Positions 39,569-48,587 of a DNA stretch of 64,000 bases are shown piece after piece. The position numbers and the translations under genes are program-made. This DNA is from an uncultured Planctomycetaceae bacterium. GTDB taxonomy: Bacteria; Planctomycetota; Planctomycetia; Pirellulales; PNKZ01. Location: assembly GCA_964387325.1 (NCBI GenBank), contig CAYLYE010000001.1, forward strand, positions 19,453 to 83,452. The letters are read 5' to 3'. Every line of letters begins with the position of its first letter. Positions within the stretch are counted from its first letter, which is position 1. The notes below the pieces were generated by a model, which did not search any database, was not told the origin of the DNA, and saw only the letters and a list, made by a program, of their open reading frames with translations.

Positions 39569-40384
39569 TTAAGGAGCGGTGACCGTGGCCGCTTTGCCGT
39601 CGGTCTGCTGGGCCTGCTTGGCCTTGTCAACGTGCGCCTTGACGGAGTGCTGCTGATCGAGGCGAGCCTGTTCGATGAGTTTGGCTTCGTCGACGTTCAC
39701 ACGGCTCATGCCCGTGAGCGCGCCGAGTCCGACGGCGGCCAGTGCCAAGCCGAAGATGGCACACGCCACGGTGGCGCGTCGCTGCGCGGCGGGCGAAGTC
39801 CAGATACCCCAGGTAATGCCCATCGTCCACAGGCCGTTGGCCAAGTGATACACGCACGACAGGACACCGATCGCGTAGACGATTTTTGTGAGGGTCGAAC
39901 TCAGCGCGGCCGCGGCGCTCGACGAGGCATGATGCGGATCAAACTTCCAGCCGCCTAGGTTGTCGGTCACGCTCTTCCACCAGTCGGCATGTATCCAGCC
40001 GTGCATGTGAAAGACGTGATAGAAAATGAAGAACAGGGCAATCCAGGCGGTCACGCGTTGCAGCGTGTAGCGGAAATTGCCCTTGTAGGGATAGTTGGCC
40101 GTGTTCGAGATACCCGTGCGGATGATCGCCACGCCCACGACGGCATGGAAGATGATCGGCAGGAAGATGCCGCCCCACTCGACCAGCGGCAGGGCGGGGC
40201 CCAACGAGTGGATCTGGTCGACCGCGTTCTGAAACACGTCGGGACCGGAGAGCACGCTGGCGTTGGTCACCAAGTGGACGCACATGTACGCCCCCACGGG
40301 CAGTAGTCCGCTGAGCGAGTGTAACCTGAGGATGAGAAACTGGTTACGCTTGAAGAACGACGACGTCGAGGGTTGGGTTTCCAA
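39569..40384 (-). CDS. sdhC: succinate dehydrogenase cytochrome b (b558, Bacillus-type) subunit
   Basis: It has five TM helices with heme-ligand His residues, and its N-terminal part (FFKRNQFLILRLHSLSGLLPVGAYMCVHL) is typical of this subunit. I prefer the in-frame TTG at 40384, preceded by GAAGGAAAG. The listed ATG at 40492 would add 36 Arg-rich residues. Confidence 0.8.
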   Translation of the reverse strand: METQPSTSSFFKRNQFLILRLHSLSGLLPVGAYMCVHLVTNASVLSGPDVFQNAVDQIHSLGPALPLVEWGGIFLPIIFHAVVGVAIIRTGISNTANYPYKGNFRYTLQRVTAWIALFFIFYHVFHMHGWIHADWWKSVTDNLGGWKFDPHHASSSAAAALSSTLTKIVYAIGVLSCVYHLANGLWTMGITWGIWTSPAAQRRATVACAIFGLALAAVGLGALTGMSRVNVDEAKLIEQARLDQQHSVKAHVDKAKQAQQTDGKAATVTAP

Positions 40385-40756
40385 GGCGGCTTTCCTTCGC
40401 GCGGCGGAACAATAAGGTCGCAACTCACGGTAGTATAAGGGTGGACCGTCTCCTCGCAAGCGGCCTAAGGCTGAGGAATTGCTCGCTTTCAAGTCGAGCC
40501 TGATTCTCTGGCAGGCCGCGCCTCGCTTGGCAGCCAGGACTCTGCGACGGACGCCCTAACTCGGCTTTCTTGTTTTCGATGAATGATCTATAAATTCCAC
40601 CTGGATATGGTGTTGCGGCAAGATCGTCACCCTCGGCCGCGATTACTTGCCGCGCGGTACCGAACTTGCAGCTATGTTTGTCCAGCGGTGTCCGACTGTC
40701 CGTTTTGGCAGTTGGGTGTCGTGGAGCTTGTTCTCACCAACGTCCCAGCGACTTGT

Positions 40757-41176
40757 GTGGAGAGTGTTGTGGTTCTCGTGACCTCACCCGCCATTTTGAT
40801 CACCGACGATGATTCGTCGTTGCGTGCCACGCTCAGCAGCGTGTTCGAGCCGCGCGGGTTCCGCACCCTGCAAGCGAGCGATGGGCAAGAGGCACTCGAT
40901 ATTCTGCGCAACGAAGAAGTTCACATCGCGCTGTTCGACATGCACATGCCTCGCCTCACGGGGCTCGAAACCCTGCGGCTGGCCAAGCAGTTCAAAGCCG
41001 ATTTGCCCTGCATCCTGATGTCGGCCGAGGCCGACGAGCAGATGATCAAAGAGGCCCTATCCTGGAACGCCTTCGCCGTGCTCCGCAAGCCGGTCACACG
41101 CAGCCACGTCATGGACCGCGTCCGCGAAGCGCTCATGCGCTGTTATCAGTGGTACGACGCCAGCAAGCTCGTGTAA
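40757..41176 (+). CDS. single-domain response regulator (CheY-like receiver)
   Basis: Receiver motifs are present (ILITDDD, ALFDMHMPRLTG, ILMSA, K in LRKP). The start is uncertain: in-frame GTGs lie at 40757, 40769 and 40778. The listed ORF start at 40583 adds an implausible N-terminal extension. Confidence 0.8.
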   Translation: MESVVVLVTSPAILITDDDSSLRATLSSVFEPRGFRTLQASDGQEALDILRNEEVHIALFDMHMPRLTGLETLRLAKQFKADLPCILMSAEADEQMIKEALSWNAFAVLRKPVTRSHVMDRVREALMRCYQWYDASKLV

Positions 41177-41188
41177 CACGATTGATTC

Positions 41189-41223
41189 CGTTAGCCGCGA
41201 CGCACAGCGGAGCGCGGCTAACG
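41189..41223. terminator. hairpin built from the 'GTTAGCCGCGACGC' element (11-bp stem) between convergent genes
   Basis: CGTTAGCCGCG (41189-41199) pairs with CGCGGCTAACG (41213-41223) across a 13-nt loop. It starts 13 nt after the response-regulator stop. There is no T-tract. Confidence 0.5.
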
Positions 41224-41234
41224 AATCGGCTCAC

Positions 41235-43274
41235 TCACTCGTTACTCGCCTTGTCCAACGCGCGGATCAAGGGGCGATAGCGCTGATGATCCAACTCGGC
41301 GATCAACCCCCGGTCGCTCGTGTCGCGGGCAGCCTCGCTCAGGGCATTGCCGGCGTTGTACAGCGCCTCGACCGCCTTTTCGAGTTGCTCGATGTGCGCC
41401 GCGGCTTGCTTTCCCTCGCGGGCTTCGCCAGCTGCGGCCAGGGCAACGAGCGCGCCCAGGTAATGCAACGAGAACTCGCCCCGCTTGGCATGATACCAGA
41501 ACAGCGGCCGGGCCTCGCCCGGAGCATTGCCGTGTGCCCGTAGCACCTCATTATACGACTTTGTGAACAGCCCCAGCGCGTTCTTGAGCACGTCGGCCTG
41601 CTCGGCCGGATGCTGATACACGAGGTCCGTCGTCAGCGGCTCGACGGCTGAGTAATGTTCTCCCAGCGCGTGATTGGCCTGTTCGAGCAGTTGCAGTGCG
41701 AGCAGCATCCGCTCGGCTACGTCGCGTCGACCGGCGATGGGGGTGTAAAGTTGCAGCACGATGTCATCGGCCGACAGCTTGCTGAACGCCGCGCGCCCCA
41801 ACGCATACAGGGGAACCGTGGCTTCGCCGATCAGCGCGGTCGGTTGCAGCACCAGCCCGCGCCAGCCGTGGCTCTTGGCCAAGTCAATGTCGTGCAGCAC
41901 GGCAGCTTGGTCGGCCAAGGGCAAAGGGCCGAGTCCCGAAAGGGCTGCGTGCAGTTCGCCGACGATCGGCGAGGCTTTCTTCCGCAACATGGCGAGTGAT
42001 TCGTGGGGCGGTTCTTCATGCAACATTTCGACCCCCAACGAGAACACAACCGAGCGCGGCAGGCTCTTCGCCAGATCGGCCTCGCGCACGAACGAGCCGT
42101 CGACGAACAACGGTGTCGCGTGCTGCTTGAGGTCCTCGGGCAACAGCGTGTGCAGCCCTTCGTAGTCGAGATGATCGCCAAACCAAGCCGACGTTTCAGG
42201 ATAAGCCTGATGCAGTGCCTGCCACTGGGCATGGGTCGCTTCGCGCACCCCTGACGAATCGCCCGTGTGGGGCGCGCCGGGCAACCAAGTCAACACGGGA
42301 CCAGCGACGGCGGCGGGCTCGCGAGCCGGCGCGCCCAAAGATTTCCTTAGCTGCTCGATGGCGTCGGGGAGCTTGCCTCGCAGCTCGCGAGGAAAGGCCG
42401 TCGGTGCGACACGCAGTGCGCCGCCGATCCCCAGCTGCGCACAACGACGCATGAGCCGATGGACGAGCGTCTGCGCGGCGCTCAACTGCTCGGCCGGGGT
42501 CGAGCGGCCCGCGAACTCGGCGGCGGTGAACAACTTATTCTCGCCAAAGGCGCGTCGCCCCGGCGTGTCGGGAGTCACGTCGAACGTTTGACCCAAGTCG
42601 AACAAGCGGCTGCCCTGCACGCGCTGACCTTGCACGGAGTACTCGACAAACGGCTGTTCGGTGCCCAGTTCGAAGACAATCAAATTGATTTTATTTTTGA
42701 CCAACTGGCCGATCAGCGCCTCGAGGTCGGCCGCGCTCCAAGCGAAGGTCGACGAGAGCGCGTTGCCAAACATCCGCCAGCCACGCACGCTCAACTCCGT
42801 GTCCAACACCAGATCGAGATCGTCGAGCTTAAATGTGGCGCCGGCCGTGGGGAGCATGTCGCCGTGAGGCAACGAACGGATGCCAAAATGATGACCGAGT
42901 TCGTACACGGCCCAGAGCGTGGCCAAGTCGCTGCCGCCGCCGACGATCACGGTCGGCACCTTGCTGCCGGCGAGTGTACGGACAACGTGCCCTTGCTCGC
43001 TGAGCTTGGGCCAACGATCGCCGGCGGCTTGAGCCAGCGCGGCGTTGGTCTCAGGCCGACCGAGCAAGACCACGTGCGCGGCGTCGGCGGCGGGGGTGGC
43101 GCTCACTCGCACCTCGGCCTCGAACAGCTTGGTGAGTTGCGTCGATAATTCATCTGCCGCAAAGCGCACCAGCGGCGAGGGATTGTCGCCCGTCACCACC
43201 GTGACCTTCGGACCGGCAACAACCCACGACGCCATGCACAACCATGCGCAGGCCACAAACATCCGGCAGAACAT
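41235..43274 (-). CDS. hypothetical secreted protein (possibly glycoside-hydrolase-like)
   Basis: I prefer the ATG at 43274, which gives a signal peptide (MFCRMFVACAWLCMASWVVAG) and leaves a 14-nt gap to the upstream gene. The N-terminal pattern loosely recalls DUF4838/alpha-glucuronidase-type N-domains, at low confidence. Confidence 0.6.
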   Translation of the reverse strand: MFCRMFVACAWLCMASWVVAGPKVTVVTGDNPSPLVRFAADELSTQLTKLFEAEVRVSATPAADAAHVVLLGRPETNAALAQAAGDRWPKLSEQGHVVRTLAGSKVPTVIVGGGSDLATLWAVYELGHHFGIRSLPHGDMLPTAGATFKLDDLDLVLDTELSVRGWRMFGNALSSTFAWSAADLEALIGQLVKNKINLIVFELGTEQPFVEYSVQGQRVQGSRLFDLGQTFDVTPDTPGRRAFGENKLFTAAEFAGRSTPAEQLSAAQTLVHRLMRRCAQLGIGGALRVAPTAFPRELRGKLPDAIEQLRKSLGAPAREPAAVAGPVLTWLPGAPHTGDSSGVREATHAQWQALHQAYPETSAWFGDHLDYEGLHTLLPEDLKQHATPLFVDGSFVREADLAKSLPRSVVFSLGVEMLHEEPPHESLAMLRKKASPIVGELHAALSGLGPLPLADQAAVLHDIDLAKSHGWRGLVLQPTALIGEATVPLYALGRAAFSKLSADDIVLQLYTPIAGRRDVAERMLLALQLLEQANHALGEHYSAVEPLTTDLVYQHPAEQADVLKNALGLFTKSYNEVLRAHGNAPGEARPLFWYHAKRGEFSLHYLGALVALAAAGEAREGKQAAAHIEQLEKAVEALYNAGNALSEAARDTSDRGLIAELDHQRYRPLIRALDKASNE

Positions 43275-43288
43275 ACGCCACTCCGTGA

Positions 43289-44194
43289 TTATTTTTCTTG
43301 CCAACGTTGCCAATTCAAACCCGGTCGATCGACCCGAAACGACACCAGCCGCTGCTGGGTCACTTCGGTCACGTAGACCGTCCGACCGTCGGGACCACCG
43401 AAGCACAGATTGCTCGGGCTTTTGCCGAGCACGTCGACCTCGTGCAGGATTTCGCCCTGCGGAGACATTTTGACAACGGTCCCTTTGCCGTAGCGGGTAA
43501 TATACAAGTTGCCGTCGACATCGCAGCGCATGCCATCGAAGCCGTGATCGGGAAATTGCTTGACGAGCTTGCGCTCGCCGAGACCTTGTGCTGTGATCGG
43601 AAATGCCCACACGCCGCGCTGCACACTCTCGTTCGTGTACAGGGTCTTGCCGTCGGGACTGACCTCGATGCCGTTGGTGGTCCCCTGCCCGTCAGCCACG
43701 AGCGTCACAGTCCCGCGCGGGTCGATGCGCCAGATTTGTCCTGTGCTTTTGCCCCAATTCGGGTCGCTGGCGTAGAGCGTGCCATCGGGCGCGATCGCCA
43801 GATCGTTCGGCTGACTCATCTTCGACTCATGCGCGAAGACGCTCACGGCTTTGGTGCGTGGATCCACTCGCAGCACGTTGTGGTTCACATAGTCGGCGAC
43901 ATAAAAATTCCCGCTCCGATCGAAGACGATGCCGTTACCCACGCTCTTGTTGGCGAACTCGACAAAGACTTCACCTTTGCCCTCGGGGGTCACTTTGCCG
44001 ACGGTCCCTTGCTTGGCAAAGTTGACCACAAAGACATTGCCGAGCGCGTCGCAGTTGGGGCCTTCAATGCCCGGCGTGAACGAGCCCTTTTCAGTAAACG
44101 CCGTGGCGACCCACGGCTTGTCGTCGGCCCCCCAGGTCGGCGCCGTCAAGCAGCACAACATCACAAGACCCCACATCATCCGCTGGTTTAACAT
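43289..44194 (-). CDS. SMP-30/gluconolactonase/LRE-family beta-propeller protein
   Basis: 301 aa with a signal peptide. It has repeated propeller blades with GPNCD, NGIVFD, PNDLAIAPDG, NGIEVSPDG and DGMRCDVDGNLY. Confidence 0.85.
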   Translation of the reverse strand: MLNQRMMWGLVMLCCLTAPTWGADDKPWVATAFTEKGSFTPGIEGPNCDALGNVFVVNFAKQGTVGKVTPEGKGEVFVEFANKSVGNGIVFDRSGNFYVADYVNHNVLRVDPRTKAVSVFAHESKMSQPNDLAIAPDGTLYASDPNWGKSTGQIWRIDPRGTVTLVADGQGTTNGIEVSPDGKTLYTNESVQRGVWAFPITAQGLGERKLVKQFPDHGFDGMRCDVDGNLYITRYGKGTVVKMSPQGEILHEVDVLGKSPSNLCFGGPDGRTVYVTEVTQQRLVSFRVDRPGLNWQRWQEK

Positions 44195-44209
44195 CGATAC
44201 GTTTCCTGT

Positions 44210-45784
44210 TCAGATTTTTTGTAGACCGGGCTGACCCGACTCGACGGCGAACTTAACGGGCGTTTGCAGCGGCGCCCCCGGCCGGGTCACATAGTCGAGC
44301 GTATGATAATGCGAGCGCCAAGTACGCGGCGTCACCTCGCATGAGATGTACCCGCGTTGCGTGCTGTGGTACTTCACAAACGGGTTCTCGCTCAAGACGG
44401 GCGAGGGTTTTTCTCCCGGCAGAGTGCCGTTGCCGCCCGAGCTGATCGAGGTACCCACGAATTCGCTGGCCACGACCTTGTCCTGCGGGTCGGCACTGTT
44501 CACCTGCAAGTTATTGGCCCAATGGGTGTGAATATCGCCCGTGAGCACGATGGGGTTCAGCTTGGGTCGCGCGGCAAAGTACTTGAGCACGCGCTGCCGG
44601 TTGACCTCGTAGCCGGGCCACTGATCCATGCTGTAAGCCACCCCTTCGCCCATCAGTCGATCGGCGCGAGCCATCATCACCTGCTGCGCGAGTACGTTCC
44701 ACTGTGCGGGTGTGGCGTCGAGCGTCTTGGTAAGCCATTGTTCTTGAGCATCGCCGAGTAAGGTCGCTTGCGGCGAATACGTCTCGTCGCAAGGAGGCTT
44801 GTTATTATCGCCACAGGGCTGATCGCTCCGATACTGCCGCGTGTCGAGCACCGCGAAGCGGGCGAGCCGACCGCAGTCGACGTGGCGGTACAATTGCATG
44901 TGCGGGCCGCGTGGGATTTGCGCCCTGCGGAGCGGCATGTGCTCATAATACGCCTGATAGGCGCGGGCGCGACGTTCGAGGAACGGACCGGGCTCGACCC
45001 CTGTTTGCTCGCTGATGTCGCTGGCACAGTTGTTGTCGAACTCGTGATCGTCCCAGGTGACGATCCAAGGACACGCGGCATGCGCGCCTTGCAAATACTC
45101 GTCGGTTTTGTACTGGGCATGTCGGGTGCGGTAGCCTTCGAGTGTTTCGCATTCGAGGCCGACGTGCTTGCGGACCAGATTGTCCTTGGCGGCCCCTTCG
45201 TAGATATAATCGCCCAGATGCACGATCAGATCGAGCTCGGATCGCATCATGTGTGCGTAGGCGGTGAAGAGCCCGTGCTCGTAGTGCTGACACGACGCGA
45301 AGGCGAAACGGAGCCGGTCGGGGAGCGCGTCGGCGGCGGGCATGGTCCGCGCCCGACCCACGCTGCTCGTCTCTCCCACGGCCTGGAACTGATAAAAGTA
45401 CCACCGCTGCGGCTCGAGCCCGGCCACCTCGACATGCACCGAGTGGGCCAGCTCGGGCGTGGCGACGCTCGTGCCCGAGGCGACGACCTGGGTCATCTTT
45501 TCATCGCGCGCGACCTGCCAACGAACCTCGATGTTCTCGTGCGGCATTCCGCCACCGTCGAGCGGTTCGGGAGCCAGTCGCGTCCAGATCACAAAGCCGT
45601 CGGCGGTCGGATCGCCCGAGGCGACTCCTAGCTGAAAGGGGTGCGACTTGAGCGCGACATTTTTACGGACCGTCGCGGAAAGCGGCGGCGAGAGTAACGG
45701 CCAAGCGACCAGCGCCGCGGAGCCGAGGAGAAAATCGCGGCGCCCCCAAGAACTGCCGACGTGCTGCTGATGACGGTAGGGCAT
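44210..45784 (-). CDS. alkaline phosphatase D (PhoD)-family phosphodiesterase
   Basis: I prefer the ATG at 45784, which gives a Tat-like signal (SSWGRRDFLLGSAALVAW). It has the PhoD N-domain (FQLGVASGDPTADGFVIWTRL) and a metallophosphatase core (HLGDYIYE, WDDHEFDNN, LTGDIH). Confidence 0.85.
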   Translation of the reverse strand: MPYRHQQHVGSSWGRRDFLLGSAALVAWPLLSPPLSATVRKNVALKSHPFQLGVASGDPTADGFVIWTRLAPEPLDGGGMPHENIEVRWQVARDEKMTQVVASGTSVATPELAHSVHVEVAGLEPQRWYFYQFQAVGETSSVGRARTMPAADALPDRLRFAFASCQHYEHGLFTAYAHMMRSELDLIVHLGDYIYEGAAKDNLVRKHVGLECETLEGYRTRHAQYKTDEYLQGAHAACPWIVTWDDHEFDNNCASDISEQTGVEPGPFLERRARAYQAYYEHMPLRRAQIPRGPHMQLYRHVDCGRLARFAVLDTRQYRSDQPCGDNNKPPCDETYSPQATLLGDAQEQWLTKTLDATPAQWNVLAQQVMMARADRLMGEGVAYSMDQWPGYEVNRQRVLKYFAARPKLNPIVLTGDIHTHWANNLQVNSADPQDKVVASEFVGTSISSGGNGTLPGEKPSPVLSENPFVKYHSTQRGYISCEVTPRTWRSHYHTLDYVTRPGAPLQTPVKFAVESGQPGLQKI

Positions 45785-45894
45785 TGCTGTACGACCTCGG
45801 AAGTGCGGAGCGTGGAAAGTGATGCCAGGCGAGTGACAGGGCGAACCACCCTCACCCGGCCTGTCGGCCACCCGCTCCCGACGGGAGAGGGGAA

Positions 45895-47334
45895 CTACTT
45901 CGAGTCTTGCTTGGCTTTCTGCTTGGCTGTTTTCTTGGCGTTGTTCTCGCCGGTTTTTTTCTCGCCCGGCGAGACGTTCTCGGTCGGCAGGTGTTTAGCC
46001 AACTCGGCTTTGACGGCCGCGTACTGCGTATCGAGCGCGAGATTTTTCCATTCGAGCGGGTCGGCGACTTCGTCATACAACTCTTCATCGCCATTAGCGT
46101 AGCGGATGTAACGCCACTTTTCACTCCGCACCGCGTGGTTTTGGTAGCCGTGCGTGGTCAAGGCGGGGCGATCCCAGACCGCAGCCGGATTGGAGAGCAA
46201 CGACCGGATCGACACTCCTTGCACGTGCGACGGCGTCGTCAGGCCACACAACTCGCAGAGGGTCGGGTAGATGCTCATGAAATCGACAGTGCGCGCACAC
46301 GTTGAGTTCGGCTTCGTCACGCCCGGCGCGACGAAAAACAACGGCGCCCGGGTCGCTTCCTCCCAGAGGGCAAACTTGCGCCAGTGTTGTTTCTCGCCCA
46401 GGTGCCAACCGTGATCCCCCCAGAACACAATGATCGTGTTGTCTTTGTTCGGGCATTGATCGAAACCTCGCATCAGCTTGCCGATCATGGCGTCGCAGTA
46501 CGCTCCGGCGGCCAGATAACCGCGCACCGCCTCTTTCCAGCGGCCCGACTTGAGCATCGCGGCGTGATCTCCCTGCGGGTTGGCCATCTTCTGGCCAGCG
46601 CTCGGCACATCGTCGAGGTCATGCTCGTTGACGATGGGGAGCTGAATTGATTCGAGCGGGAAGAGGTCGTAGTACTTGCGTGGTACGTTCCAGGCCATGT
46701 GCGGCTTGTGCAATCCACACGCCAGGAAGAAGGGCCGGTCGTGCTTTTTGTTCAACTGCTCGAGGCAATACTCGACGGTGTGAAAGTCGTGCGTGTCTTC
46801 GTCCTGGCCGTCGGCCGGTGCGAAGCGGATGCCACCGACTCCGTCGTTCTCGCCCTTGCCTGGGGGCAAATCTCCACCTCGGATGTTGGCGTACTCGTCC
46901 CACTTACCCCATTGGTCACTGTCGCCGTGATAGATCTTGCCCGCGGCGAGGGTCCGATAGCCCTGGTCATGCATCCAGGAGTTGAGCGCCACGACGTCGG
47001 CACAACGGGTCGTGCGGCGATTCACATCGTTGCCGTAGACGCCGCTCGACGAGCTGCGCAGGCCGGTCATGAGCGCCGTGCGCGAGGGATTGCAGACCGG
47101 CGAGGCACAGTAGGCGCGGGTGAAGTTGACGCCCCGAGCCGCGAGGGCGTCGATGTTGGGTGTCTTGGCCTGGGGGTGCCCGCCGAGGCAGCCGATCCAG
47201 TCGTTCAAATCGTCGACAGCGATGAACAGCACGTTGGGTTTCTCGGCCGCCGCGATCGAGCCGGTGACGAACAGCACCGCAGAGGGCGTCATAAGGAGCG
47301 CGAGCATTTGGAGCGCAAAACGGGCCAATGACAT
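45895..47334 (-). CDS. sulfatase (arylsulfatase-family, formylglycine-dependent)
   Basis: I prefer the ATG at 47334, which gives a signal peptide (MSLARFALQMLALLMTP). PNVLFIAVDDLND and the CASPVCNPSRTALMTG motif (C-x-P-x-R FGly site) are present. Confidence 0.9.
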   Translation of the reverse strand: MSLARFALQMLALLMTPSAVLFVTGSIAAAEKPNVLFIAVDDLNDWIGCLGGHPQAKTPNIDALAARGVNFTRAYCASPVCNPSRTALMTGLRSSSSGVYGNDVNRRTTRCADVVALNSWMHDQGYRTLAAGKIYHGDSDQWGKWDEYANIRGGDLPPGKGENDGVGGIRFAPADGQDEDTHDFHTVEYCLEQLNKKHDRPFFLACGLHKPHMAWNVPRKYYDLFPLESIQLPIVNEHDLDDVPSAGQKMANPQGDHAAMLKSGRWKEAVRGYLAAGAYCDAMIGKLMRGFDQCPNKDNTIIVFWGDHGWHLGEKQHWRKFALWEEATRAPLFFVAPGVTKPNSTCARTVDFMSIYPTLCELCGLTTPSHVQGVSIRSLLSNPAAVWDRPALTTHGYQNHAVRSEKWRYIRYANGDEELYDEVADPLEWKNLALDTQYAAVKAELAKHLPTENVSPGEKKTGENNAKKTAKQKAKQDSK

Positions 47335-47542
47335 AACGCGGTTCCTGGAACGAAGGCGTGTGAAGACCGGGGGGAGACAACAACCTCGTGCAACGTCTGA
47401 CGCGAATCGCCGGTATTTTATTTGATCGGCGGCCATGCGTCGCCTGAATTCTGATGGCTGCCGTACAAATGCTCCTGCGGTGGACAGAACCGCGGCGAGT
47501 CGATAGCGTGCTCTCGAATGGAACTCCGTTGGGTCCTCGGTC

Positions 47543-48466
47543 TTGAGTGGTGTCGTTGTGAGTCGTGCGCGGCAATATCTGACGTATCTCGTGGTGCGTG
47601 TGGCGGTCTGCCTATTGCAGATGTTGCGCGGCGAGACCTTTGAGTCGTTCGCACCTGTGTTCGGGTACCTGTGTGACGAGGTGCTGCGTTTGCGCCGCGA
47701 CGTGGTCGATGAGAGCCTGGCGATCGCTCTGAGCGAGAGCGACGAGCCGACGCGCCGCAAGGTAGCCCGGCAAATGTGGGAGCACCTCTTTTTACTCATC
47801 GGCGAAGTGGCTCTGCTCGATCGCAAGGTGCATCCGACCAACTGGCGACGGTACCTGAATCTTTGCAACGGACAGCAGACACTCGGCTATTTTATGAGCG
47901 GCCGGCCGATGGTGATCGTGTCCGGGCATTTTGGCAATTTCGAGTTGGGTAACTACGCGCTCGGCTTGTTGGGGGTGCCTACGCTGGCCGTGGCTCGCGA
48001 GTTGGACAACGAGTTTCTCGATGCGTGGCTGCGTCGCTTTCGCGGACGCACGGGTCAGCGGATGGTCGACAAGATCGGTGGCTACGATGAGATTGTCGCC
48101 ACGCTCGAGCGCGGCGAGGCCGTGACGCTGCTGGGAGATCAATACGCGGGAAGCCGTGGTTGTTGGGTCGACTTTTTTAGACGCCCCGCATCAACGCACA
48201 AGGCCGTGGCGCTCTTCGCGCTGCAATACGACGCACCGCTGATCGTAGCCTACGCGCGGCGAACGGGCGGCCTATTGCACTACGACGTCGGCATCCACAG
48301 CCTCGTCGATCCACGCGATCAGGCCGACGCGACCTCGGGAGTGAAGCCGCTCACGCAGTGGTTCACGAGTCAGTTGGAAGCGATTGTCCGCGCAGCACCC
48401 GAGCAGTACTGGTGGGTGCATCGACGTTGGAAAGATCATCGCAACGGAGCGCACACTGCGCGGTAG
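47543..48466 (+). CDS. lysophospholipid/lipid A (LpxL/HtrB-like) acyltransferase family protein
   Basis: 307 aa with the HX4(D/E) acyltransferase motif in SGHFGNFELG. The overall pattern is that of lauroyl/myristoyl acyltransferases. The exact start (TTG or GTG) is uncertain. Confidence 0.7.
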   Translation: MSGVVVSRARQYLTYLVVRVAVCLLQMLRGETFESFAPVFGYLCDEVLRLRRDVVDESLAIALSESDEPTRRKVARQMWEHLFLLIGEVALLDRKVHPTNWRRYLNLCNGQQTLGYFMSGRPMVIVSGHFGNFELGNYALGLLGVPTLAVARELDNEFLDAWLRRFRGRTGQRMVDKIGGYDEIVATLERGEAVTLLGDQYAGSRGCWVDFFRRPASTHKAVALFALQYDAPLIVAYARRTGGLLHYDVGIHSLVDPRDQADATSGVKPLTQWFTSQLEAIVRAAPEQYWWVHRRWKDHRNGAHTAR

Positions 48467-48497
48467 AGCTTTTCAAATGATTGCAGTTTGTATTGGA

Positions 48498-48565
48498 GTG
48501 CCATGGCCACGCGAAGGGTGGCCATGTGCGCGCATGCCCACGTCGAACCGTGGGCATGGCACCCG
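48498..48565. repeat. dispersed double-hairpin element
   Basis: It contains two adjacent palindromes, CATGGCCAC-gcgaagg-GTGGCCATG and CATGCCCACG-tcgaac-CGTGGGCATG. It lies between the convergent acyltransferase and TPR genes. Confidence 0.8.
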
Positions 48566-48587
48566 CTAGAGACTCATGAACAATGGC

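Noticed and set aside
43275-43610. Arg-rich N-terminal extensions of several minus-strand ORFs (also 45785..45871, 47335..47868, 52846..53034, 39514..39630)
   Set aside because: The extensions overlap upstream genes or intergenic repeats and lack protein-like composition. Internal ATGs give proper Sec/Tat signal peptides or Rossmann N-termini.
43298-44191. 297-aa plus-strand ORF
   Set aside because: It is the mirror of the SMP-30/gluconolactonase gene on the minus strand, which has a signal peptide and clear propeller repeats.
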